A DNA stretch of 64,000 nucleotides. Source: Porphyridium purpureum. Lineage: Eukaryota. The stretch lies in contig VRMN01000003.1 in assembly GCA_008690995.1 (NCBI GenBank), positions 1 to 64,000 on the forward strand, read 5' to 3'. Below are positions 1-10,043 of the stretch, piece by piece. The translations under genes were made by a program, and so were the position numbers. The notes under the pieces are model-generated. The model saw only the letters and a program-made list of their open reading frames with translations. It made no database searches and was not told the origin of the DNA. Numbering within the stretch: the first letter of the stretch is position 1; each line of letters opens with the position of its first letter.

Positions 1-643
1 ACCAGGCGGCCAGTGAGGTGAGTAATGCAGTCAGTGCGGACGCCGCCAGCAGTAAAGGCGCCCAGCAGGCGCCGCTCAAGCGCGCCGCAGTGCTCAGGAA
101 CTTTCTGCTCTTCGCGTTCTACTTTGTCGCGCTCATGGGCGTCGTGGGTCGCGCTACCATGGAAAAGTCCTTACCCCGCACGAGCGCATCATCCTCGTCG
201 CGCTGGCGGTCATTTTGCCAGATCTCGCCCGCTTTTCGTTCGTGGGCATGTCTATTTCACCAAACGCGCTGCGCAAGGCGAGGAATCCGAACAATGTCGA
301 TGCAGAGCTTTTCCCGCGGCACTATGCGTTATGTACACTCACCACCTCGCTCAAACTGATCGGCTTTTATCTCGCAGCGTTCTTGAACGTCCCGCTGGGC
401 GCGTTTGTGGTCATTCTCGGACAGTGCGTGGTGAATGGATTTATTCAGCTCCGTCTTGTGAATGGAAAGCTGTTCCAGCTCAGACGCCAGGACCGTTCGG
501 GTGCCTTGCTCATGGAACTGGTCATGCTCGTCATGCTGGCGTGTGTGTCGTTCAACCAATTTCCAATCATGATGGCGTCGCTCTTCCTCAGCATGGCCAC
601 GGCATACTGGCTTGGCAAGTACGACTGCCAGCTCTTTGCTTGA
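1..643 (+). CDS. Partial multi-pass membrane protein of unknown function, with an apparent frameshift near 160-168
   Basis: Frame 3 is open from the window start and encodes a hydrophobic segment (FLLFAFYFVALMGVVG). After ATGGAAAAGTC the protein-like hydrophobic sequence continues in frame 2 (VLTPHERIILVALAVILPDL...) to TGA at 643. Confidence 0.5.
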
Positions 644-948
644 TCAATCTGCGACGCGAAACACTCGTGCCCAGGCTACAGTGGAAATCCCTGCACACGT
701 GCCGTAGGCCTTTGCAAAGTCGACATCGTAAATAAATGTGCTCCAGGAGTGGCGAACCGAGAACAGGCCAAAATGATGGAATCAGTCCACAGCGACTCGC
801 ACTCTGGCCGCCGCGAACACAGTTGTGCATATCATCGGATCTGCCGCAGTCCAACGCACGGGCAGGGGTCAGAAGGATTGTTTGATCGTACCTGATTGGT
901 ACCGTGAGCATCGTGCTGGCCTTCACTCGACCTGGGGGCCGTTGTGTG

Positions 949-1797
949 ATGGAAGTGACGCTGTGGTCCATCTTGGGATGGACTTCGAACCGAATCGCAC
1001 CGCAGGACTTGCAGGATGTGCTCGTGTGTAGCGATCTTCAGTGCTCGGGCGGCGGCGCCTTTGTGCTGCACCAGCTGGCGGCGGCCGCTCTGTTTTCTGG
1101 ATTTCGGGTGTGCGTGGTCAGTACAGAGCACAGCCCAAACCACTACATCCACGTGCTGCGGCGGCTCGGGCTGAAACTCAGCTCAGCTCGATACAAGAAC
1201 ACAATCAGTTTTATCGAGGTGCTCGGGAATAAAGCTTCGGCAGGCGCGGCGGCTTCTGCCTCTCCGTCCGTAGCCGTTGCTGACATGGAGCGAGCAAAGG
1301 GCGCAAAGCAGCATGCCGATGAAGCACAACCGTTCATCAGCAGCTGGACAAGTATTGAGCAGATCGATGATATGCGCGCTTTGTTTCAAGCTGTGCGCGA
1401 CGTGGTTACGAGGCCGGATGGTGACCGGAGTAAGCCCTGCGTGTTTATATTTGATAATTTGACGACCTTGTCGTGCATGTGGGCGGGTCCATCTGGGACG
1501 CGCGACTGTGCACCGATTCACTTCTTTTCGTACTGGGACGAGTACGTCAAGGCCGAGTTTCCAGATACGTACTTTGCCGTGGCCTCCATTGCGCAGGATG
1601 CTTGCGCAAGCGCAGATATCGAAGCGCTGGCTTCCCATTTCGAAACAATGTTACAGCTTCGCGGCTTGACAACGGGCAAATCGCTCGAGATTGATGGTCA
1701 AATGTCCTGTCTGAAGTTACGCGGTCGCTTGCCGGAGCAGTCGCCTACGATTCTGTACAGAATTGGGGACAGCGGCGTGAAATACGTGCAGGCTTGA
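949..1797 (+). CDS. ELP6: Elongator complex subunit 6
   Basis: Degenerate RecA-like fold motifs typical of Elp6: GAFVLHQL, NHYIHVLRRLG, FIFDNL, LTTGKSLEIDGQM, YRIGDSGV. First ATG at 949. Confidence 0.75.
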   Translation: MEVTLWSILGWTSNRIAPQDLQDVLVCSDLQCSGGGAFVLHQLAAAALFSGFRVCVVSTEHSPNHYIHVLRRLGLKLSSARYKNTISFIEVLGNKASAGAAASASPSVAVADMERAKGAKQHADEAQPFISSWTSIEQIDDMRALFQAVRDVVTRPDGDRSKPCVFIFDNLTTLSCMWAGPSGTRDCAPIHFFSYWDEYVKAEFPDTYFAVASIAQDACASADIEALASHFETMLQLRGLTTGKSLEIDGQMSCLKLRGRLPEQSPTILYRIGDSGVKYVQA

Positions 1798-1922
1798 ATG
1801 ACGTATGACGCAGCCCTAGAATTTCGGGAAGTCCAAGCAGTCCTTTGCTTGCATGTCCCTCGTTCCGTGTTTCCCCTGGGCAAAGCAACCACGCAGGGAA
1901 GACCAAAAAACGCATGCATCAA

Positions 1923-2279
1923 TCAGACAGTTAGAAACCTGCCATCCCCAACATCGCGCACCGCTCGTGTGATGCGGAGAATAGAAGATCTGTTGATTGG
2001 ACCGTATATGTGCGGCATGCGCGGAACATGAAGAACTGTGCCGTTCTGATCTGGCGCTGCCGGATTGATCGGGTGCGCAGGCGCTTCGTACTCTACCAAC
2101 GAATTCAGGCATTCTTCGTCGATCTCGAGCACCACAAAGCCCATATCCGCCGCGCTCTGGGCGTAAAAGCTATTGGCCACGTTTAGCAATGCTTTCCGGT
2201 CCGGGCAACAATGGATGAATTTAAGGGTGTCCAGGTCCGGCGTTCGGTAGACTTCGCTGCTCGTGACTTCCTGCAGGTT
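1923..2279 (-). CDS. DUF952 family domain, in frame with pyridoxal kinase after a TGA
   Basis: Motifs (LIYHL..W)...YRTPDLDTLKFIHCC...VANSFY...LEID...YEAP...PHIYGPIN. No own ATG; the N-terminal motif lies in the end of the upstream ORF. Confidence 0.7.
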   Translation of the reverse strand, partial: NLQEVTSSEVYRTPDLDTLKFIHCCPDRKALLNVANSFYAQSAADMGFVVLEIDEECLNSLVEYEAPAHPINPAAPDQNGTVLHVPRMPHIYGPINRSSILRITRAVRDVGDGRFLTV

Positions 2280-3320
2280 TCACCAGGCTTCATCTACCAG
2301 GTGGTATATCAACGACGAGCACGCGTCGAACGACGACTGTGCATGGTCTGAATTCTCGGTCAAGGGAAGTGCGAGCGACTGTTGGCGGGTAACGATGCTT
2401 GCTGGGGGGTTTAAGATATCGTGTGCGCTCTGCACTAGCCGCAGTTCAGGATTGCGGCACAAACCGCCAACACGTGGAGCATGAAAAGTGCGCTTAAGAA
2501 CGGCACCAACTGAGGCCATGGCAAGCTCAGTCGCTCGGCGCAGCGAGTTTGGGAATTCGCACGATCGAGCCAAGATGAGCGCAGCGGACAAGTCGCCCGA
2601 TCCAGTAAATGTGCATGGCAGACGATCAACTTCAAAGCTTGTTTGAGCCCAGCTGCCGCGCTTGCGGCGTTCGGACGTGAAGACCATGAGTTTCCCTTCT
2701 TCAATATCGTCAACGCTGGTCACCACGATGCGAGGCACTCCGTGTCTTTCGTGAAGGAGCCCGCACGCCGTGAATACGTCTACTGCGGTCCTGATAGGCG
2801 TCTGTGCAAGTAACTCGAGCTCGAACGCATTCGGGGTCAGAATCGATGCGCGACAGATCACGCGGGTTCGGTAGATCTCAATCAGGGCTTCGGGCACGTA
2901 CAGCTTGCCATTATCACCGAGTACCGGATCACACACATACGAAAGTCTGTTTCGCTCACCAGTCGAGCCGTTCTGGACGTCGCACTGCTTCTCAAGTGTG
3001 TCCAGCAGAGCGACGATGGCCTCAAGGAACGACTCGGAACCAATGTATCCTGTGAGCAAATGCGTGATCTGCCCCAGCAGACCATTTGCCCCCATGCCAA
3101 GCACGAGAGCGTCCAACTCTTGGCCGCTCATGCGGGTCCCGGTCCACTTTTTCTCGTACCCCGTGTGGTTGGAGAACTGCACCGAGTTGATCACATCGAC
3201 GTCAAAGCCGAGCAGCTGCAGCGGAAACACTGCGGCCTTGTTTCCGACATATCCCGACACGACGTGGCTCTGCACAGACAGAACGCGCTGTCCCAATCCG
3301 ATCGTATTGCCGGTCGCCAT
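2280..3320 (-). CDS. PDXK: Pyridoxal kinase
   Basis: RVLSVQSHVVSGYVGNKAAVFPLQLLG, SNHTGY, LLTGYIG, CDPVLGDNG, TPNAFE, FTGSGDL. Confidence 0.95.
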   Translation of the reverse strand: MATGNTIGLGQRVLSVQSHVVSGYVGNKAAVFPLQLLGFDVDVINSVQFSNHTGYEKKWTGTRMSGQELDALVLGMGANGLLGQITHLLTGYIGSESFLEAIVALLDTLEKQCDVQNGSTGERNRLSYVCDPVLGDNGKLYVPEALIEIYRTRVICRASILTPNAFELELLAQTPIRTAVDVFTACGLLHERHGVPRIVVTSVDDIEEGKLMVFTSERRKRGSWAQTSFEVDRLPCTFTGSGDLSAALILARSCEFPNSLRRATELAMASVGAVLKRTFHAPRVGGLCRNPELRLVQSAHDILNPPASIVTRQQSLALPLTENSDHAQSSFDACSSLIYHLVDEAW

Positions 3321-3568
3321 CGCGCACCAGGCCCGATCAGACAACAGATGCTCGGAGGCTTCCGACTGGCGTCTCTTACCTTCGGGCACACACATTCCTC
3401 GAAGCAGCCCAGCTCGGGCACGCAGGTGTCATTACTGAAACGCTTAGACTCGTAGGTTTTTCTATCAAAATGGCCAGGTTTACTGGATTCAAAGTACAGT
3501 TTGGGTGTACAGTACATTACGAGCACAAGCGAGCGTTTTTGTGTTGCGCCATGGGCGTGTGGCATGCG

Positions 3569-4630
3569 CTAGCGTGCGAGTGCCCAATATGACGCAGCAG
3601 TGAAGAGCGAGAGGCCCAGTAGGACTTGAATGGCCTCCGCTTCTGCCGCAGTCCACGGCTTGTCCTTGTCTGTCTGCGCCAGAACGGCGTCTGATGCACG
3701 TCTGGGCGTAGGCGCGCGTTCCAGACTGCTCGAGATCTCACCCTTCGAGGGACAGCTCGCAAAGGCCGCCACAAAGTAGTACTCTCCTTTGACGCACTGA
3801 AACAAACGCCACTCATCTTTGTACTTCCCGTACAACACACCAGTCTCTACGGCTACCAGCGTGGGCCGCTTGATCCGGAAGAGCGGCCGGAAGTAGTAAA
3901 CCGTGCGAAATGTTGCGAGGAATTCACGTCGAGCCTCGATCTCGCGGATCCCAATCGCTGGCGTATCGGCCTGGTCTTCAAGCTGCGGGTTCAAAAGCAG
4001 CCATGTCGCATCTGGGCGCCGCTGGATCATGTCTTGCAACGTACGGATTACCGAATCGCCCCGCAGATTTTTTGGCGCGACCACGCAGTGCAGAGTGGAC
4101 GAATCGCCAGCAACGCCTGCCATTTCCAGCTCCCGCATGGTCATTCCACACAGGGACGCATGCTCTGGCATCGCCTGTCCGGCAAAGTGGTATGCGGACG
4201 CCGCTGCCGCGGTCCCTGTCGAGCTATACATTACTAAAATCTCCTTGAAATGGGTGCTGGCACAGCATACTGCCGCTCGAGCAAAGTCAAAGAGTAGCTT
4301 TTCGTTGTATGCGACCGTATTTTCAATGGCATAGTTGAGCCCCGGAATCAACCAGCTCGCAGACATGCGCTTGGTCCCGTCTTCGATTGCCTGGCGCAAT
4401 GCGTCCTCCATTTCGCGCGTGAGCTGAGCCACATCCGTGGGCACTGCCGCTGCACGACCAGTGTGGGTCCCGTCTGCCTTGCCACCCTGCATCGATAGCA
4501 GGGTCCTTGATTTCCTAGGAGCCGCCGACACGCTCGATCGGAGCGCCCGGTCGGAGATGGCGGCGCTCAGTACAGACCTTGGACATTTCCTGAACGGCCC
4601 CGGAGACGGTAGAAAGGCAGTACGAGTCAT
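3569..4630 (-). CDS. DUF1995 family (LPA3-like) protein, probably plastid-targeted
   Basis: Ser/Arg-rich transit-like N-terminus; LLLNPQL, FLATFRTVYYFRP, GVLYGKY..W, C-terminal PS..EI; hydrophobic tail. Confidence 0.6.
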   Translation of the reverse strand: MTRTAFLPSPGPFRKCPRSVLSAAISDRALRSSVSAAPRKSRTLLSMQGGKADGTHTGRAAAVPTDVAQLTREMEDALRQAIEDGTKRMSASWLIPGLNYAIENTVAYNEKLLFDFARAAVCCASTHFKEILVMYSSTGTAAAASAYHFAGQAMPEHASLCGMTMRELEMAGVAGDSSTLHCVVAPKNLRGDSVIRTLQDMIQRRPDATWLLLNPQLEDQADTPAIGIREIEARREFLATFRTVYYFRPLFRIKRPTLVAVETGVLYGKYKDEWRLFQCVKGEYYFVAAFASCPSKGEISSSLERAPTPRRASDAVLAQTDKDKPWTAAEAEAIQVLLGLSLFTAASYWALAR

Positions 4631-4738
4631 CCCTCCAATGTGTCACCAAAGATTGAACGACACCAACCTCTTTCCGCTTTACAATCTTCAATCAGTGCCG
4701 GAGAGCGAGAGGCTGTGAAGCGAGAACAAGCGAAGGAG

Positions 4739-5266
4739 ATGGCGACGACTGTGCGAGAATGTCGGATATGCCACACAGGACGGTGCGACGGGGATGAACT
4801 GATTGCGCCATGCGTGTGCGCAGGGTCGCTGCGTTATGTACACCGCGGGTGTCTGCAGACGTGGTTGCGGCGCCGCATGGCTCGCGAGCGGTCTTTGCTG
4901 TCGGCCGTCGGCACTGTGCACGCCAAGGCGCTCACTTGTGAGATTTGCAGATTCTCGTACAAGTGCTCGCTGCGAACCTTGTCCTTCCTGCGCTTCTTGT
5001 TCACCAGGAGTCGCTGGTATGAACTCCTCCACTTGCTGTACATTGCCTTTATTGTACGAAGGATTCACGTGCAGTGCCAGACGCTCAAGGACGCGCTCGT
5101 GGACCAACACGTGCCGCGCTTCGTGTACATGCGAGTGCTGCTAAAAGTCTTCGCGGTTTTCCACTACGTGATGTTCCTGACGTTCGATATTAAGTACCTG
5201 GTCCACGCGTGGCTCAAGTGGAGAGCGTCCACGGCGCAAATTCTTGTCTTGGTTGAGCCCAGTTGA
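4739..5266 (+). CDS. RING-CH (MARCH-like) membrane E3 ubiquitin ligase
   Basis: CRIC...APCVCAGSLRYVHRGCLQTW...CEIC (C4HC3), followed by hydrophobic helices. Confidence 0.85.
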   Translation: MATTVRECRICHTGRCDGDELIAPCVCAGSLRYVHRGCLQTWLRRRMARERSLLSAVGTVHAKALTCEICRFSYKCSLRTLSFLRFLFTRSRWYELLHLLYIAFIVRRIHVQCQTLKDALVDQHVPRFVYMRVLLKVFAVFHYVMFLTFDIKYLVHAWLKWRASTAQILVLVEPS

Positions 5267-5322
5267 TCGACACTTTCTACTCTAGACCTTTAAAAATCAT
5301 CAAAGACTAGGTACGGCGCAGC

Positions 5323-8300
5323 TTAGCGCTTACGAAACTCAGAGCGCAACGCAGCAATATCAGACGTCAACAATTCCTTCTTTTTCTCCCCAACGCGCTC
5401 TGCAGGTTTCGTGGTGCCTGGATCGGATGACTGACTGACTGGTACATCCACTGATTCTTGGACCTTTTTCTTCTCCCCCGACTTGCTGTGCGGAATTATG
5501 ATTATTTTCTTCACCTTAGAGGAAAATGTGGACTCGTCGTGCGCTTGCTCTTTCCCACGTTTCTCGTCTGCGGCTTTGCTTCGTGTCAAATCAGAATGAC
5601 GTTTGCGAATTGCAGACATACGGGCAGCGTCCATGTCGGACAACGGGTCTACTTCGCTTTCAGAAATGGCCTCTTCACGCGAGTCCAAAGAAAAAGTTCG
5701 TGAAATACGTCCGCCCATGGAGTTTGTGGAATTGTCCAACGAACCATTTGCGCCCCGGGTTATTACGCCAGACGAAGAATGGTCAAGTTCTTCCGGAGAT
5801 CCGAATTTCTTGGAAGTGGTACCCGATGCCTTGCGCTTAAAGGCGGCTCGAAGATTGATCAAATCGGTCTCTGAGTCAATCGGCTGCTCCAGCGTGCGCG
5901 TCCTAGAGAGCGACGACTGCAAAATCGGCTCGTGGGACTCGGCAACATCGGTATCCACCGATAAGGTCTCGCTTTCCACAGACCCCGCGGGCTTGCGGAA
6001 TACTGCGCGGAGATCGGATACACTAGCATCGGCTATATCAGCCGGTTGCTTTGATTCCTGTAATTCGTCCTGTTCAGTGTCAACTCGCACTTCTTCGGCG
6101 TCCTTCGACTTCGTGGGCTTCCGAAACGCCGCCCGAAGATCCGAAACACTAGCTTCTGCGATTTCAAGAGGTCGTTTCAGAATATTGGAAGCGCGTGTAA
6201 CATTACTGCGCAGTCGAGGCTTGGCCTGGAAGTCTTTGAGTCCCGCTGGATCGGGCATCCCCGCTGGTGCTCTGTCATGAATGCATACCTGCGCGACAAA
6301 GTTCCACGCAAAGTGACGAATCACATCCATACCGTCCGTCGAAATGCGAGGAAAGCGCACTATAATGTGCGAGTGTGTGTTTGTCGCATTCAGCTCTACA
6401 TTCACGTGCACCCATGGCATGCTGCATAAGTTGCGCCTCATTTCTAGCACGTCGTGAAGCAGATTTCCTGCAACAAGCTTGGTTGCTGACCATTTCTGTT
6501 GGATATCGAAGACTCGCTCAGCACTTCCCAAATCAGACGCCATTCCTGCCGACGTACGAAGCAAGCAGTCGTAAACCAGTTCCACTTGCTTCGCGTCTTC
6601 TTTCATGGTCATCCCCTTCATGACCGGGACCGAGTTCATGTTTAGCGACGGCAGCGTCATAAGTTTGTCAAAGATCCCCGTGCCTGTATTCAATTGCTTT
6701 GCCTTCGCAGGGCCGGGCACTGCGTTTGCTGCAGCGGGAAGCGCCAAAGTTCCCTCGCGCATACTCAGATCAGTAGTCCTGCTATTGTGTCCGGCCATTG
6801 AATGGCTTCGAGCGGCGCCACTAATATCCTTGCTTCCGATAATGTCTGAGTGACGGTCTGCTCGTGGGCTCCCGAGAACAGCTCCCGCGTTCAGGGCAGA
6901 AGCAGGCTCTGCTCCTACCTTTTTTCCGTCACTCACCCGATACTTCGTTGTCCTTCTGGAGAACATGGACACCGATTTCAACACACTGCCGGTGACTTTG
7001 GAGACCATGGATGATGACGAGTGAGACGTAGAATCATGATCGGCGTTGTGATCATCTTCACTCTTTTTGACATCGCGGGTTGAAGAAACTGAACCAATTA
7101 ATGAATCCTTTGCATGAGCTCCTTCCATCTCCTCTGGTTGTTCCTGATTGTGCAGTTCAAGCTCATCGCGGTGATTTGTGTCCTCGGTGTTCTCATTTGT
7201 TGATACGAAGGTGCCTTTCTCAAAATTCTCAAGCCAAGGATCCGCAGTCACCACGCGAATCAACCTCATCACAGCCGATTGATCCGGCTCGTCACTGTTT
7301 GCTTCTTCGACGGCGGAACCTTTTGAGAAGTCCGTGACAAGCTCATTCCTTTTCTCTGTCTCCACGTCCTCGTGCTTCTCTGTGGACTGTATGTCAGACC
7401 AGAGCGATCCGGTGGACTTTACCCGTCGCGAGCGAAACCTGTTTGCGCTCACATTCCTGTATTTCACGGGCAAAGACGGACATGACGAGCTCTTTGCAAG
7501 CTTTCTCTCTGTGTCCGTCGCTTGGAGCGCAGCGCCCAACTCGTGAACAGCACTGGCGTGTCCATCAACTTTCGCGCTGATTGAGGTAAATGACCGTGAA
7601 GCCACTATCTTTTTGCTGGAAGTGATGCTCGAAATGGCATTCACCGTACCCTGAACAGCCCTCTCCGGCAAACTTTCAGCGGCTTCATTTTGACTTCTTG
7701 TGCGTTGCTCAACAGGCTGCGCCGGCAAGCAGCTTTCAATTTTCTGCGAAAAACGCATACACACCACGTGCGGGTATTCATTACTTTCTGCGGGGATTGT
7801 GAACTGATTGGACAATGCCTTGAGCTTTTCGTACGGTTCACTCAGAGCAAAGCTTGAAGTGTAGTACGGCACTGTGAGATCGTGACGCGCGTTGGCATAG
7901 CAAAAGCGCTGCTTGAACAAGGACAGCGAGAATAGAAACACCCCGCGTGACAAGTTATACACCATCTTCTCCTTATCTTTGAGCACCATCTGATGGCCCG
8001 TTTTCCGCATCAGCCGCGCGCCCTGCTCATCCCAAAGCGCATTGTTTCGATTGTCCCCGAGATGCGGCGACGCAAACGACGCATACACAAAAAGTTCCAC
8101 CTTCTTCATTTTCATGTGCAGCGGCTCCGCGCGAATCAAGCAGGCTTTCGCATCTTCTGCCAACGTCCGATTTGCTTTCAGAAGAGCCAATTCCTTCTGC
8201 TGCTCGAACGACAGACTCACAAAACCTCGGTACACGAGCTCAGCCGCAGCAAAACGAGTGAAGAGACCACCTAGACTATGTCCCGCAAGGGACAAATACT

Positions 8301-9147
8301 TGAGCTTTGGCATACAGGTGGCCACCTCGAGAATCAGGTCTACAAGCCGGTTTCCGCCCTTCCCTACTCCCTCAAAGGTCTCAAGCTGCTCGCAAGCATC
8401 ACTGCACAATACGTATACTCCGGTGTTTAACGCCACTTGATGCGTTTCCCAGATTGAATCATCGTCCACGCTCTCGTGAATTTCCGAATTTTTCGGTTGC
8501 CGGTCGAACGGATTCAGGGCCTCGACGCCCTTTCGAAGAAGGCTTATCTGCTCTGCCCCATCTGCGCCTTTCTCCCCCTCAGGTGCGTATTCATCGATAC
8601 CAGACTCAAATACATGCGTACCTCCTTTGGTTCTTGGCAACCTGTTCATGGCTGGCTGCTGTTCCTCGCTTCCATCCTTTCCATCATCATGGGAATCCTT
8701 CATCGGCACGCCTTTCACTCTGTGCATAACTGTCTCTGGTGGATGCGGAATCATATCTGCGCCAGACATTGCGGCAAAGGCGATGTGCTCTCGCACTTTA
8801 GCCCCTACTTCAACGGAGGTCACCACGGCGGCGGCAGCCCTGCCGTCGAGCATCTCGACGCCAGCTGCGAGTTTCTCAAACTCAGGCCGTGTCCTCCTGG
8901 CGGCCGCGGCCGCTGCGGCAAGCGGAGACTTCTGGAGGACCTGATCGAGCACCTCCTTCATCTTCTGCATATCTTTTGCCTTCCCGCCGACGCCATTCTG
9001 CAGCACAACCAGATGCTGGACGCCATGGCACACCTTGTACTGCTCCTCCTCATTCCGGAAGCCCAGGGCCGCGACCAGTGGCTTCAGGCCCATCTTCATT
9101 GCGCCGTGCATAGTGCCTGTGTGCGCTCCTCCCCTGTCGTCATCCAC
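5323..9147 (-). CDS. DUF676 lipase-like alpha/beta hydrolase with long low-complexity insert and tail
   Basis: HLVVLQNG, nucleophile motif GHSLGG, SFASPHLG, YANARHDLTVPY, HSHIIVR. Confidence 0.75.
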   Translation of the reverse strand: MDDDRGGAHTGTMHGAMKMGLKPLVAALGFRNEEEQYKVCHGVQHLVVLQNGVGGKAKDMQKMKEVLDQVLQKSPLAAAAAAARRTRPEFEKLAAGVEMLDGRAAAAVVTSVEVGAKVREHIAFAAMSGADMIPHPPETVMHRVKGVPMKDSHDDGKDGSEEQQPAMNRLPRTKGGTHVFESGIDEYAPEGEKGADGAEQISLLRKGVEALNPFDRQPKNSEIHESVDDDSIWETHQVALNTGVYVLCSDACEQLETFEGVGKGGNRLVDLILEVATCMPKLKYLSLAGHSLGGLFTRFAAAELVYRGFVSLSFEQQKELALLKANRTLAEDAKACLIRAEPLHMKMKKVELFVYASFASPHLGDNRNNALWDEQGARLMRKTGHQMVLKDKEKMVYNLSRGVFLFSLSLFKQRFCYANARHDLTVPYYTSSFALSEPYEKLKALSNQFTIPAESNEYPHVVCMRFSQKIESCLPAQPVEQRTRSQNEAAESLPERAVQGTVNAISSITSSKKIVASRSFTSISAKVDGHASAVHELGAALQATDTERKLAKSSSCPSLPVKYRNVSANRFRSRRVKSTGSLWSDIQSTEKHEDVETEKRNELVTDFSKGSAVEEANSDEPDQSAVMRLIRVVTADPWLENFEKGTFVSTNENTEDTNHRDELELHNQEQPEEMEGAHAKDSLIGSVSSTRDVKKSEDDHNADHDSTSHSSSSMVSKVTGSVLKSVSMFSRRTTKYRVSDGKKVGAEPASALNAGAVLGSPRADRHSDIIGSKDISGAARSHSMAGHNSRTTDLSMREGTLALPAAANAVPGPAKAKQLNTGTGIFDKLMTLPSLNMNSVPVMKGMTMKEDAKQVELVYDCLLRTSAGMASDLGSAERVFDIQQKWSATKLVAGNLLHDVLEMRRNLCSMPWVHVNVELNATNTHSHIIVRFPRISTDGMDVIRHFAWNFVAQVCIHDRAPAGMPDPAGLKDFQAKPRLRSNVTRASNILKRPLEIAEASVSDLRAAFRKPTKSKDAEEVRVDTEQDELQESKQPADIADASVSDLRAVFRKPAGSVESETLSVDTDVAESHEPILQSSLSRTRTLEQPIDSETDLINLRAAFKRKASGTTSKKFGSPEELDHSSSGVITRGANGSLDNSTNSMGGRISRTFSLDSREEAISESEVDPLSDMDAARMSAIRKRHSDLTRSKAADEKRGKEQAHDESTFSSKVKKIIIIPHSKSGEKKKVQESVDVPVSQSSDPGTTKPAERVGEKKKELLTSDIAALRSEFRKR

Positions 9148-9636
9148 TCATCCACGCGAGCGGATACCCGCGCCGTTGACCTCGCTCCTTCCCTCCCTCT
9201 CTCCTCCTCCCCCGCACTTCTTTCAACTGATAGCGACTATCAGCGCTAAAAATAAATCGCCCAGTCAGGTTTTGTGCATGGCAGCTGAACACCTCCCCGA
9301 CCATAGTAAATTTCGACATTCCAGTATAGAACCATTCACTGTACCCAGCCTCAGCGGCGGCAGGTCGGTGTGCGCACACATCTCGTTTCAACCGATGTGA
9401 ACGAACCGCCACCGACAGAAACTCCCAGGGTTGGCACACCGATATCAGCGCCGATGCGACTCTGGGGACTTTTTCCACTTGGCGCTTGCTCCGTACCGAC
9501 GACAACGACGGCCACATATGAGGCCGCGCTCTGCGTCGAGCTTCCTGTGCTGGGGTAGACAGATGCCGACGCACAGCGGCATGCTGCTTCGTGCAAGTTG
9601 GAACAGGCACTGGCAGCCAACCCGTTTCGGTTTGCG

Positions 9637-9684
9637 GTTGAACCGTCGAGCCGTTAAACTGTTAAACCGTTGAACCGTTGAACC
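9637..9684. repeat. Six tandem 8-bp units, consensus GTTRAACC, in a divergent promoter region
   Basis: gttgaacc gtcgagcc gttaaact gttaaacc gttgaacc gttgaacc. Confidence 0.8.
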
Positions 9685-10043
9685 GCTCTGCGCGCGTGCG
9701 AAATGCGCCGCGGTATAAGGTACAGTGATTCGAGTTGAACTGAAACAGTTGTGACGCCTGCGACCGGGTGAGTGCAAATGCACTAAGATACTCGCCCGGC
9801 GAGAGAAGAGAGAGAGAGAGGGGAAGAGGAAGAGCGGCTTGGCGCTGGCGCCGTGGCAGGGGGAGTGACTCCGTCGCGGCGAGATTTGCGCAACACGTGC
9901 GCGCGGATGGAAAAGAAAGGGTCCGGGCAGTGGACAAGACGCGCTGTGGTTTTGGCTCCTGCGTTCATGGGATTCCCCGCCGCCGCGGAACACGCGATTG
10001 GACGTGATATCGGGTGCGCCGGTTGGCGTGCGCGCAGTTGGGC

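Noticed and set aside
2268..2282. Micro-intron or selenocysteine as explanation for the PDXK-DUF952 TGA
   Set aside because: The GT...AG candidate is 13 nt and breaks the frame. The position is not a Cys site and no SECIS was recognised.
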